Assembly (NCBI GenBank): GCA_030390025.1
Contig: JASTWF010000035.1
Span: forward strand, 1,922,001-1,986,000
Source of the DNA: Squalus acanthias
Taxonomy: Eukaryota
DNA: 64,000 nt
Direction of reading: 5' to 3'
The translations under genes and the position numbers were made by a program. The notes under the pieces were generated by a model. The model saw only the letters and a list, made by a program, of their open reading frames with translations, did not search any database and had not been told where the DNA came from. Of the stretch, positions 20,827 through 32,900 are shown piece by piece (the stretch's first letter is position 1; each line of letters begins with the position of its first letter).

Positions 20827-23800
20827 ATAAGAACATAAGAAATAGGAGCAGGACCCGGCCACTCAGCCCCTGGGCCCGCTCCGCCACCCACAGGGCCTTG
20901 ACCGATCCGAACTCAGCCTCATGTCCAATTTCCTGCCCGCTCCCCGTAACCCCTAATTCCCTTTACTTCTAGGAAACTGTCTATTTCTGTTTTAAATTTA
21001 TTTAATGATGTAGCTTCCACAGCTTCCTGGGGCAGCAAATTCCACAGACCTACTACCCTCTGAGTGAAGAAGTTTCTCCTCATCTCAGTTTTGAAAGAGC
21101 AGCCCCTTATTCTAAGATTATGCCCCCTAGTTCTAGTTTCACCCATCCTTGGGAACATCCTTACCGCATCCACCCGATCAAGCCCCTTCACAATCTTATA
21201 TGTTTCAATAAGATCGCCTCTCATTCTTCTGAACTCCAATGAGTAGAGTCCCAATCTACTCAACCTCTCCTCATATGTCTACCCCCTCATCCCCGGGATT
21301 AACCGAGTGAACCTTCTTTGTACTGCCTCGAGAGCAAGTATGTCTTTTCTTAAGTATGGACACCAAAACTGTATGCAGTACTCCAGGTGCGGTCTCACCT
21401 TATATAACTGCAGCAATACCTCCCTGTTTTTATAATCTATCCCCCTAGCAATAAAAGCCAACATTCCGTTGGCCTTCTTGATCACCTGCTGCACCTGCAT
21501 ACTAACTTTTTGATTTTCTTGCACTAGGACCCCCAGATCCCTTTGAACTGCAGTACTTTCCAATTTCTCACCATTAAGATAATAACTTGCTCTCTGATTT
21601 TTCCTGCCAAAGTGCATAACCTCACATTTTCCAATATTGTATTGCATCTGCCAAATCTCCGCCCACTCACTCAGCCTGTCTATATCCCCTTGTAGGTTTT
21701 TTATGTCCTCCTCACTTTCTACTTTCCCTCCCATCTTTGTATCATCTGCAAACTTTGATATGTTACACTCGGTCCCCTCCTCCAAATCGTTAATATAGAT
21801 TGTAAAGAGTTGGGGACCCAGCACCGACCCCTGCGGAACACCACTGGCTACTGATTGCCAGTCCGAGAATGAACCATTTATCCCAACTCTCTGCTTCCTG
21901 TTAGATAACCAATCCTCCACCCATGCTAGAATATTACCCCCAATCCAGTGATTTTTTATCTTGAGCAATAATCTTTTATGTGGCACCTTGTCGAATGCCT
22001 TCTGGAAGTCTAAATACACTACGTCCACTGGTTCCCCTTTATCCACACTGTACGTTATGTCCTCAAAGAACTCAAGCAAATTTGTCAGACATGACTTCCC
22101 CTTCATAAAGCCATGCTGACTTTGTCCTATTAAATTATGTTTATCTAAATGTTCCGTTACTGTCTCCTTAATAATACTCTCCAAAATTTTACCCACCACA
22201 GATGTTAGGTTAATTGGTCTATAATTTCCAGCCTTCTGCCTGCTACCCTTTTTAAATAAGGGTGTTACATTAGCAGTTTTCCAATCTGCCGGGACCTTTG
22301 CTGAGTCCAGGGAATTTTGGAAAATTATTACCAAAGCATCCACAATCCCTACTGCCACTTCCCTCAAGACCCTAGGATGTATGCCATCAGGTCCAGGGGA
22401 TTTATCCGCCGTGAGTCCCATTATTTTACTGAGTACCAATTCCTTAGTGATTTTAATCGTATTTAGCTCCTCCCCCCCTAGAGCCCCCTGTTTGTCCAGT
22501 GTTGGGATATTCTTAGTGTCCTCTACCGTAAAGATTAAAACAAAATATTTGTTCAGCATTTTTGCCATCTCCATGTTTCCCACCATTAATTTCCCGCTCC
22601 CATCCTCTAAGGGACCTACGTTTGCCTTAACCACCCTTTTTCTTTTTATATAACTATAGAAACTCTTGCTATCTGTTTTTATATTTTTTGCTAATTTATT
22701 TTCATAATCTATCTTCCCTTTCTTAATCAATCCTTTAGTTACTTTTTGCTCTCATTTGAAGACTTCCCAATCTTCTATCCTCCCACTAAGTTTGGCTACC
22801 TTATACGTCCTTGTTTTTAGTCGGATACTATCCTTAATTTCTTTACTTAGCCACGGATGGCTGTCATTTCTTTTACACCCTTTTTTCCTCAGTGAAATAT
22901 ATTTCTTTTGAAAGTTGTAAAATAACTCCTTAAATGAACACCACTGCTCATGTACCGTCTTACCCTTTAATCTATTTTCCCAGTCCACTTTAATCAATTC
23001 CGCTCTCATACCATCATAGTCTCCTTTATTCAAGCTCAGTACGCTTGTTTGAGAACCAACTTTCTCACCCTCTAATTGGATATGGAATTCAACCATGTTA
23101 TGGTCACTCATTCCAAGGGGATCCTTAACTAGGACATTATTAATTAATCCTGACTCATTACACAGGACCAGGTCCAAGGTTGCTTGCCCCCTTGTAGGAT
23201 CAGTTACATACTGCTCAAGAAATCCATCCCTAATACACTCAATAAACTCTTCCTCAAGGCTGCCGTGGCCAATTTGATTTGTCCAGTTAATATGATAGTT
23301 AAAATCCCCCATAATTATAGCTGTTCCCTTATTACATGCCCCAACTATTTCCTGATTAATACTTCTTCCAGCAGAGTTGCAACTATTAGGAGGCCTATAT
23401 ACTACGCCCACCAGTGTTTTTTTCCCCTTATTATTCCTTATCTCCACCCAAACTGTTTCATTATCCTGATCCTTTGACCCAATATCATTTCTCTGTATTA
23501 CAGTGATTCCTTCCTTTATTAACATAGCCACCCCACCTCCCCTTCCTTCCTGCCTGTCCTTCCTGATTGTTAAATACCCTGGCATATTTAATTCCCAGTC
23601 GTTGTCACCCTGCAGCCATGTTTCTGTAATGGCCACAAGATCATACCCATACGTAGTTATTTGTGCCGTTAACTCGTCTATTTTGTTACGAATGCTACGT
23701 GCATTCTGATAAAGAACTTTCAAACATGTTTTGTGACACTTAGTTCCTGCTTTTTCCTTTTTTAACACTTTACCTTTTACTCCATACCTTCTGTCCCTTC

Positions 23801-25520
23801 CTGACACGCTTTCCTCTGTCTCCCTGCTCAGGTGCCCAACCCCCTGCCACTTTAGTTTAAACCCTCCCCAACAGCACTAGGAAACACTCTCAGTAGGACA
23901 GCGGTCCCGGCCCTGCCCAGGTGCAGACCGTCCGGTTTGTACTGGTCCCACCTCCCCCAGACCGGTTCCAATGTCCCAGGAATTTGAATCCCTCCCCCTT
24001 GCACCATTCCTCTAGCCACGTATTCATTTGAAATATCCTCCTATTTCTACTCTGACTAGCATGTGGCACTGGTAGCAATCCTGAGATTGCTACCTTTGAG
24101 GTCCTACTTTTTTATTTACCTCCTAACTCCCTATATTCTGCTTTTAGGACCTCATCCTGTTTTTTACCTATATCGTTGGTGCTTATGTCCAACTCTCTAA
24201 ACGTGCTATCCACGAGGTTCTCAGCATCGCAAATGCTCCAATACGCCTCCATCCGCAGCTCCAGCGCCGCAATGCGGTCTGTCAGTAGCTGCAGCTGGAT
24301 ACACTTCCCGTACACATGGTTGTTAGGGACACCGGAAGGGTCCCTGATTTCCCACATTGAGCAGGAGGAGCATAACACGGAGCTGGGCTGTCCTGTCATG
24401 ACTTACCCTTTAATTAATTGAACTTAAATTAAATCAAATCAATACCACCAATTACACTCAATTAAATGATATACTCAAGGGCCCTTGGTTACTAGCACTA
24501 GAAACTATATCCACAAAATTAAGACCTTCTAAACTTTATAAACTATGGGGGAAAAATTCAGCTGCTTGCGCCTCCCGTTAGCGCCTTAAATGGGCGCTAA
24601 TGGGGCGTAAAGCAGCTAACGCCCGGGCGCAGCGCCGCCCACGCCTCCCGAAAAATTTAGTGGGAGGTTAGCGGCGGCGGCAGCCGGTAGCGCCCTGTGG
24701 CGCTGCGCCGCCGGCGATGACGTCATCGCCGTGCGCAGCGCCCCGCTCGCGCCCCGGCCGTGATCTTCAGTCGCGCCCCCTGATTTACCGCCAGACGCTA
24801 TGTCCGACGGGTTCAGGGGGGCGTACGTGCGGCCGGGGCGGCGATATTTAAAGGGGAGGTGGCAGGCGGCCATTTTTGTTGCTGGCCGCCTGCCAGCACC
24901 TGCCCCCGTTGCTGTCCCCGGCCCCCGTGAAGCCCCCCCACCGTGAAGTGCCGGCTGCGCTCCAAGAGCCCGGCACTTCTCTTGAGTGCCGGGCTCTTTT
25001 GCCGGCACTCCCGATCCCTGGGAGCCCAGCTGGGCCCCGGTTCGCGCTGCGCAAGGCCCCTCCCCTTTAAGAAGGGGAGGAAGGCCTGCAATACCGCGGC
25101 GCGACGTGCCGCAGCGCGTGGCGCTGCGGCACGTAGCGCCAGGATATTCACTCGCAGCGCCCCAAGAGGGATGCGGGGTGCTTCCAGTTGCGCCCCGCTT
25201 CCCTCTTGGGGCGCAACCACTGAAGTTCCGGCGCGGGGCCGCTAATTTTTTCGGGGCGCTAAAAGTCGCGCCCCGGCGAGGTTAGCGCCCCAAATGGGGC
25301 GCGACTCAATTTTTACCCCTATGAACCTTAACTGTCAAACTATAGAGTAGTATAAATAATTACCTAGCCGTACTCACCCAATCAGCTGCTCCCTCCTGCC
25401 CGCGTCACGATTTGAATCGTGAAGTGGCTCTGGAATGCTGAGATTGGTGTGCCTGTAAAAGAAAAGCCCGCGAAAGTGAGTTCAAATACTCACTGGACCT
25501 CCGGTCTCGTCGCTCCCGAC
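20824..25520 (-). mobile_element. near full-length CR1 LINE: 5' UTR, internally deleted ORF1, ORF2 (APE+RT) with two in-frame stops, 3' UTR and tail
   Basis: ORF1 pieces 24112-24399 (CxxC/coiled-coil N-terminus) and 23890-24078 (esterase). ORF2 pieces 22752-23807, 21279-22730 and 20919-21263 are in one frame (YQNARS, ITETWL, GDFN, SDH, FADD). Tail ttcttatgttcttatg. The 5' boundary is approximate. Confidence 0.95.
24547..25319. mobile_element. 773-bp GC-rich MITE with ~15-bp TIRs and 3-bp TAT target duplication (PIF/Harbinger-like)
   Basis: Left end GGGGGAAAAATTCAG versus right-end reverse complement GGGGTAAAAATTGAG (13/15). TAT at 24544-24546 and 25320-25322. Confidence 0.85.
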
Positions 25521-25527
25521 ACCAGCC

Positions 25528-25620
25528 TCAGCTCATCTGCTCTAGACTTGACTATTCCAATGCTCCTCTGACCAGCCTCCCAACTTCCATCCTCCATAAG
25601 CTTGAGCTCATGCAAAACTA
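25528..25620 (+). mobile_element. L2 LINE fragment, right of the CR1 insertion
   Basis: gcctcagctcatctgct...ctagacttgactattccaat (RLDYSN) continues the L2 interrupted at 20826. Confidence 0.8.
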
Positions 25621-25654
25621 CCCAAATCCTGCGTTCTCCGCACACCCTTTATAT

Positions 25655-25926
25655 TGATCTTCTTTAAGTATTTATCCAGTATCTTTGAGAGCTGTGGTGC
25701 ACTTTAATGTAGATTACCACTTGTAGCAAAGCATTCCACAATCCAGTAACTCTTTGCGTGAAAAAAGTCACTTCTAATCTCACCCTTTATATATCTGGTG
25801 CTTGTCTTGAGATTGTGGCCTCTAGTCTCTGATTGACCTACCAATGGAAATGATCTGTCTGTGTTCACCATATCTGTTCCCTTTGTCATTTTTCACACCT
25901 TTGTCAAACTCCCCCCTCAACCTTTG
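25655..25926 (-). mobile_element. old CR1 3' fragment
   Basis: ORF 25704-25889 contains FPLVGQSETRGHNLK. Confidence 0.8.
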
Positions 25927-25942
25927 AGCAACACAGCACTAA

Positions 25943-26001
25943 GGTACGGTAGTGTAGTGGTTACCTAACTGTACCAGTAATCCAGAGAACGAGTTCAAAT
26001 C
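25943..26001 (+). mobile_element. isolated tRNA-like head related to 17914
   Basis: A box TAGTGTAGTGG, shared agtaatccagag and B box GAGTTCAAATC. Confidence 0.65.
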
Positions 26002-26007
26002 ATGTAA

Positions 26008-26106
26008 GTACCCTCAGTATTGTTGCGTCCTGTCCCTGGAGTGGGACTTGAACCTACTACCTTCTCACTCAGAGGTAAGAGTGCTCCACTGAGCCACACT
26101 TGACAC
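26008..26106 (-). mobile_element. tRNA-derived SINE head (DeuSINE/SacSINE1-like)
   Basis: The reverse strand reads TGGCTCAGTGG (A box)...ctctgagtgagaagg...GGTTCAAGTCC (B box)...atactgagggtac. The family name is from recognition. Confidence 0.7.
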
Positions 26107-27037
26107 GAATATACTTATTTACACACTTACACCAACTTCAGGGAAGTAAAATCTGACAAAGATTATATATCTAAATGTCTTCAATTATGCTGCCCACGGT
26201 GATGTAAACGGGCAGACATTTTTATGACTATATTTAATCAGACAGAGATTGGGAAGTATTTTAAACAAAAGTATTGCCCTGGACTTTCCTTCTCCTTTAA
26301 TAGCTGTACAAATAGTAGCATTGTTGGTGAATCCCTGTAATGAAGACCCAGTGAAAGTTGAACTTGTATCTGTACATTGGTGCCACATGCTAGTGCCATA
26401 AAGCACGGCACCACCACATCATCTTGAGGCCAGTATTTCTTAACATGACAGCATTTCAGCACATACTGAGAAAGGCAGCATTGTGTTTGGAAGCTGCACT
26501 ACACTGTCACACTCCTGTGCTGCACACTATGTAGGGAGAAAGAATCATTTGATCCTGACTGGTAAAGCTCAGGGAATCTTTCTGTCACGTTTATACTGTA
26601 ATGCACGTAAAGAGGAGAGAAGCAAAAAACCTGTACAAAGGAACCACTGCTGCAAAGTTGCTTGTTTTGCACAGAAAGAATGTCAGTGAGATATTCTGCT
26701 CCTATAAACATTATCTCATTTTATTTGCTGATGATTGTTACAATAAACTGAAACATATGCTTTGATTTGTATATTTAAAATCTCTAGCGCTACATTACGT
26801 GTAATTAACCTACAGTGAATACTTGAAGCAATAAAATTCTGGATTGATTAGATTTACTGTCTGCAGTCTTACTCTCACTTCATGTGTACACAATGAACGG
26901 CTGTCGATTGGGAAAGTGGAAAAGGATGAAGGCGGGTGGTCAAAGGAAGGGTGGGGCCGATTAGGATGAAGGCAGGTCTGATTCATTAAATGTTTCCTGT
27001 CAACACGAAGCTGTTATCAACCAGTCGAATCATTGTT

Positions 27038-27320
27038 AATAGAATGGTTACAGCATTCGGCCCGTCGAGCCTGTGCCGGCTCTCTGCAAGAGCACTTCAG
27101 CTAGTCCCACTCCCCCGCCCTTTCCCCGTAGCCATGCAAAGTTTTTCCTTCAGATACTTATCCAATTCCCTTTTGAAAGCCGTGATTGAGTCTGCCTCCA
27201 CCACCCTCTCAGGCACTGCATTCCAGATCCTAACCACTCGCTGCGTAAAAAAGTTTTCCCTCATGTCGCCTTTGGTTCTTCTGACAATCACCTTAAATCT
27301 GTGTCCTCTGGTTCTCGTCA
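27038..27320 (-). mobile_element. short CR1 3' end
   Basis: ORF 27097-27321 contains TRGHRFKV and FFTQRVVRIWNAVP, followed by a ttctat tail. Confidence 0.92.
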
Positions 27321-27366
27321 CTTATGCCAATCAAAAACTAAGATGGTGGAAGAAGATGTGGCCAAG

Positions 27367-27790
27367 TACATAGGAACACAGGAATTGCTGAAAAGGGACC
27401 ATGGTCTGCCTAGTTTGCCTTCTACAATCCCGGTAGTCACATGATACAACAATAATTTTGTTGCTCATTAATCATAAAATCGGCCTCTACAACAGATCCA
27501 GACATGATGTGAGGAAAACTCCAGTGGTGGAGAGCGTTGGGAAACATAGGTCCAAAATCACTTGTTCCTTCCTAGCTTGCTACACTTACCACATGTTATG
27601 TTCAAATGTTCCTATACTGTATCCCAAAAAGTTATTTTCTGAAAGAAATCGATCTTCTTTACATATGAATGAATCAATACTAACAGCTTCCACTATCTCC
27701 CCAGGGAGGAGCCTGTTCCACAGGTTTACCACCCGCTCACTGAAATATTCCACTGATTAGTTTTGAATTTACCCCGCTTCAAGTTCAGCT
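27367..27790 (-). mobile_element. old CR1 3' end with long UTR
   Basis: acataggaac tail, and cctgttccacaggtttaccacccgctc is the reverse of ERVVNLWNR. Confidence 0.7.
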
Positions 27791-28153
27791 CTTCCACAAC
27801 AAACATGTGGCTGAAACACACATATGCCAATCAGAATGAGTGGTGTTTGACCTCCGCCTGGAACTGGCAACATACCAAGCAGTTGGGTGCCCTTTCTTGG
27901 AGACTTATTCAACACAAATTGCTGCCCAGCACAGCAGGTCACCCACTAGGCATTAAGAGCAACAACTTGAGCAGACAGTCCATTAGTCTGCAGGGCCACC
28001 CCCAAGAACAAACAAGCTAACTCAACTCCTGACCCAGGTCGCTCCCAGTGCAAGCAAAGTCACGGCGGATGTAACTGTGCCCCTCGCATTATTCAAGCAA
28101 AATGTAACACAGATTTGTAAAATATATCTATATCTGTAAATATACACTCATAT

Positions 28154-28245
28154 ACCCTCATCCATGCCTTTGTTTCCTCTGGACTTGACTATTCCAACAT
28201 ACCCCTGGCTGGCCTCCCATCCTGCCCCCTCCAGAAACCTAAGGT
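28154..28245 (+). mobile_element. L2 fragment
   Basis: accctcatccatgcctttgtttcctctggacttgactattccaac translates as TLIHAFVSSGLDYSN. Confidence 0.85.
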
Positions 28246-29900
28246 CAACAACAACAACTCATAGTAAACCATCCTGAGGCATTTCACAGGCGTGTTATAA
28301 GACACAAATTTAACACCGAGCCACATAAGGAGAAAATCGGGCAGATGACCAAAAGCTTGGTCAAAGAGGTAGGTTTTAAGGAGCATCTTAAAGGAGGAAA
28401 GAGAGGTAGAGAAGCGGAGAGGTTTAGGGAGGGAATTCCAGAGCATAGGGCCTCGGCAACAGAAGGCACGGCCACCAATGGTGGGGCGATTATAATCAGA
28501 GATGCTCAAGAGGCCAGAATTACAGGAGCGCAGATATCTCGGGGGGTTGTGGGGCTGCAGGAGATTACAGAGATAGGAAGGGGCGAGGCCATGGAGGGGT
28601 TTGAAAACAAGGATGAGAATTTTAAAATCGAGGTGTTGCTTAATCAGGAGCCGGTGTAGGTCAGCGAACACAGGGGTGATGGGTGAACGGGACTTGGTGC
28701 GAGTTAGGACACGGGGGGGGGTGAACGGGACTTGGTGCGAGTTAGGACACGGGGGGGGGTGAACGGGACTTGGTGTGAGTTAGGACACGGGGGTGATGGG
28801 TGAACGGGACTTGGTGCGAGTTAGGACACGGGGGTGATGGGTGAACGGGACTTGGTGCGAGTTAGGACACGGGGGGGGGTGATCGGGACTCGGTGCGAGT
28901 TAGGACACGGGGGGGGTGAACGGGACTTGGTGCGAGTTAGGACACGGGGGTGATGGGCGAACGGGACTTGGTGCGAGTTAGGACACGGGGGTGATGGGTG
29001 AACAGGACTTGGTGCGAGTTAGGACACGGGGGTGATGGGTGAACGGGACTTGGTGCGAGTTAGGACACGGGGGTGATGGGTGAACGGGACTGGGTGTGAG
29101 TTAGGACACGGGGGGGGGGTGAACGGGACTTGGTGCGAGTTAGGACACGGGGGGGGGTGAACGGGACTGGGTGCGAGTTAGGACACAGGGGTGATGGGTG
29201 AACGGGACTGGGTGTGAGTTAGGACACGGGGGGCGGGTGAACGGGACTTGGTGCGAGTTAGGACACGGGGGTGATGGGTGAACGGGACTGGGTGTGAGTT
29301 AGGACACGGGGGGCGGGTGAACGGGACTTGGTGCGAGTTAGGACACGGGGGTGATGGGTGAACGGGACTTGGTGCGAGTTAGGACACGGGGGTGATGGGT
29401 GAACGGGACTTGGTGCGAGTTAGGACACGGGGCAGCCGAGTTTTGGAATGCCTCAAGTTTCCGTCGGGTGGAATGTGGGAGGCCGGCCAGGAGTGTGTTG
29501 GAATAGTCAAGTCTGGAGGTACAAAGGCATGGATGAGGGTTTCACAGCAGATGAGCTGAGGCAGGGGCGGAGACTGACAATGTAACGGAGTTGGAAATGG
29601 GCGGTCTTAGTTATGCCGCGGATATCTGCTCAGCAGCTCATTTCAGGGTCAAATGGGACACCAAGGTTGCGAACAGTCTGGTTCAGCCTCAGACAGATGC
29701 TAGGAACAAGGATGGAGTCAGTGGCTAGGGAACGGAGTTTGTGGCGGGGACCGAAAACAACGGCTTCGGTCTTCCCAATATTTAACTGGAGAAAATTTCT
29801 GCTCATCCAGAACTGGATGACGGACAAGCTGTCTGACAATTTAGAGAGGGTAGAGGGGCTGAGAGATGTGGTGGTGAGGTAGAGCTGGGTGTCATCAGCA
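28246..29900 (-). mobile_element. L2 LINE 3' portion with an internal tandem expansion, cut at the RT ADD motif
   Basis: ORF 28189-28671 (DFKILILVFK, GGRAF, WNSLP, FKMLLKTYLF) and ORF 29630-29839 (WMSRNFLQLNIGKTE). ADDTQLY at ~29880-29900 and a (GTT)n tail near 28246. Confidence 0.93.
28671..29432 (+). repeat. 41-bp minisatellite (~19 copies) amplified from L2 coding sequence
   Basis: Unit GGGGGTGATGGGTGAACGGGACTTGGTGCGAGTTAGGACAC, with 37-40-bp poly-G variants. Confidence 0.97.
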
Positions 29901-29903
29901 ACA

Positions 29904-32900
29904 TACAGAGCAGGAGCTGAGAGCCAGAGCGGCAGAGTACTTTAAAAAAAACGGGAGTGGAGAGCCATAGTGGCAGAGTACTTTAAACAGAGCGAGAGCG
30001 GAGAGCCCGAGCGGCAGAGTATTTTAAACAGAGCGAGAGCGGAGAGCCAGAGCGACAGAGTACTTCAAACAGAGCGGGAGCGGAGCCAGAGTGACAGAGT
30101 ACATTAAACAGAGCGGGAGTGGAGAGCCAGAGTGACAGAGTACTTTAAACAGAGCGGGAGCGGAGAGCCAGAGTGACAGAGTACTTTAAACAGAGCGGGA
30201 GTGGAGAGCCAGAGTGACAGAGTACTTTAAACAGAGCGGGAGTGGAGAGCCAGAGTGACAGAGTACTTTAAACAGAGCGGGAGTGGAGAGCCAGAGTGAC
30301 AGAGTACTTTAAACAGAGCGGGAGCAGAGAGCCAGAGTGGCAGAGTACTTTACACAGAGCGGGAGTGGAGAGCCAGAGTGACAGAGTACTTTAAACAGAG
30401 CGAGAGCGGAGAGCCAGAGTGACAGAGTACTTTAAACAGAGCGGGAGCGCAGAGCCAGAGTGACAGAGTACTTTAAACAGAGCGGGAGCAGAGAGCCAGA
30501 GTGGCAGAGTACTTTAAACAGAGCGGGAGTGGAGAGCCAGAGTGACAGAGTACTTTAAACAGAGCGAGAGCGGAGAGCCAGAGTGACAGAGTACTTTAAA
30601 CAGAGCGGGTGCGGAGAGCCAGAGTGACAGAGTACTTTAAATAGAGCGGGTGCGGAGAGCCAGAGTGACAGAGTACTTTAAACAGAGCAGGAGCGGAGAG
30701 GCAGAGTGACAGAGTACTTTAAACAGAGCAGGAGCGGAGAGGCAGAGTGACAGAGTACTTTAAACAGAGCGAGAGCGGAGAGCCAGAGTGACAGAGTACG
30801 TTAAACAGAGCGAGCAGAGAGCCAGAGCGACAGAGTACTTTAAACAGAGCGAGAGCGGAGAGCCAGAGGGGCAGAGTACTTTAAACAGAGCGGGAGAGGA
30901 GAGCCAGAGTGACAGAGTACTTTAAACAGAGCAGGAGCAGAGAGCCAGAGTGACAGAGTACTTTAAACAGAGCGAGCAGAGAGCCAGAGCGACAGAGTAC
31001 TTTAAACAGAGCGAGAGCGGAGAGCCAGAGGGGCAGAGTACTTTAAACAGAGCGGGAGAGGAGAGCCAGAGTGACAGAGTACTTTAAACAGAGCAGGAGC
31101 AGAGAGCCAGAGTGACAGAGTACTTTAAACAGAGCGAGAGCAGAGAGCCAGAGTGGCAGAGTACTTTAAACAGAGCGGGAGCAAAGAGCCAGAGTGGCAG
31201 AGTACTTTAAACAGAGCGAGCAGAGAGCCAGAGGGGCAGAGTACTTTAAACAGAGGGGGAGCGGAGAGCCAGAGTGACAGAGTACTTTAAACAGAGCGAG
31301 CAGAGAGCCAGAGTGACAGAGTACTTTAAACAGAGCGAGCAGAGAGCCAGAGCGACAGAGTACTTTAAACAGAGCGAGAGCGGAGAGCCAGAGGGGCAGA
31401 GTACTTTAAACAGAGCGGGAGAGGAGAGCCAGAGTGACAGAGTACTTTAAACAGAGCAGGAGCAGAGAGCCAGAGTGACAGAGTACTTTAAACAGAGCGG
31501 GTGCGGAGAGCCAGAGTGACAGAGTACTTTAAACAGAGCGAGAGCAGAGAGCCAGAGTGGCAGAGTACTTTAAACAGAGCGAGAGCAGAGAGCCAGAGTG
31601 GCAGAGTACTTTAAACAGAGCGAGAGCGGAGAGCCAGAGCGACAGAGTACTTTAAACAGAGCGGGAGCGGAGCCAGAGTGACAGAGTACTTTAAACAGAG
31701 TGAGAGCGGAGAGCCAGAGTGACAGAGTACTTTAAACAGAGTGAGAGCGGAGAGCCAGAGTGACAGAGTACTTCAAACAGAGCGGGAGCGGAGCCAGAGT
31801 GACAGAGTACTTTAAACAGAGCGGGAGCGGAGAGCCAGAGCGGGAGAGTACTTTAAACAGGGCAGGAGCAGAGAGCCAGAGTGACAGAGTACTTTAAACA
31901 GAGCGAGAGTGGAGAGCCAGAGTGACAGAGTACTTTAAACAGAGCGGGAGTGGAGAGCCAGAGTGACAGAGTACTTTAAACAGAGCGGGAGCGGAGAGCC
32001 AGAGTGACAGAGTACTTTAAACAGAGCGGGTGCGGAGAGCCAGAGTGACAGAGTACTTTAAACAGAGCAGGAGCGGAGAGGCAGAGTGACAGAGTACTTT
32101 AAACAGAGCGAGAGCGGAGAGCCAGAGTGACAGAGTACTTTAAACAGAGCGGGTGCGGAGAGCCAGAGTGACAGAGTACTTTAAACAGAGCGGGAGAGGA
32201 GAGCCAGAGGGGCAGAGTACTTTAAACAGAGCGGGAGCGGAGAGCCAGAGTGACAGAGTACTTTAAACAGAGCGAGCAGAGAGCCAGAGTGACAGAGTAC
32301 TTTAAACAGAGCAGGAGCAGAGAGCCAGAGTGACAGAGTACTTTAAACAGAGCGAGAGCAGAGAGCCAGAGTGGCAGAGTACTTTAAACAGAGCGGGAGC
32401 AGAGAGCCAGAGTGACAGAGTACTTTAAACAGAGCGAGCAGAGAGCCAGAGGGGCAGAGTACTTTAAACAGAGGGGGAGCGGAGAGCCAGAGTGACAGAG
32501 TACTTTAAACAGAGCGAGCAGAGAGCCAGAGTGACAGAGTACTTTAAACAGAGCGAGCAGAGAGCCAGAGCGACAGAGTACTTTAAACAGAGCGAGAGCG
32601 GAGAGCCAGAGGGGCAGAGTACTTTAAACAGAGCAGGAGCAGAGAGCCAGAGTGACAGAGTACTTTAAACAGAGCGGGTGCGGAGAGCCAGAGTGACAGA
32701 GTACTTTAAACAGAGCGAGAGCAGAGAGCCAGAGTGGCAGAGTACTTTAAACAGAGCGGGAGTGGAGAGCCAGAGTGACAGAGTACTTTAAACAGAGAGG
32801 GAGCAGAGAGCCAGAGTGACAGAGTACTTTAAACAGAGCGAGAGCGGAGAGCCAGAGTGACAGAGTACTTTAAACAGAGCGGAAGCGGAGAGCCAGAGCG

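Noticed and set aside
933..23709. Numerous ORFs antisense to CR1 ORF2 (e.g. 933-1145, 2839-3327, 8038-8319, 22381-22653)
   Set aside because: They are shadow ORFs of LINE coding sequence.
24616..25285. Six overlapping Ala/Arg/Gly/Pro-rich ORFs, or a host CpG-island promoter
   Set aside because: High GC suppresses stop codons, and the block is bounded by TIRs and a TSD, so it is a MITE.
25943..26106. Possible tRNA genes
   Set aside because: A and B boxes are present but there is no complete cloverleaf. They are retroposon heads.
28671..30100. Shared 41-bp period of the L2 minisatellite and the adjacent satellite
   Set aside because: The units show no sequence similarity, so I treat this as coincidence.
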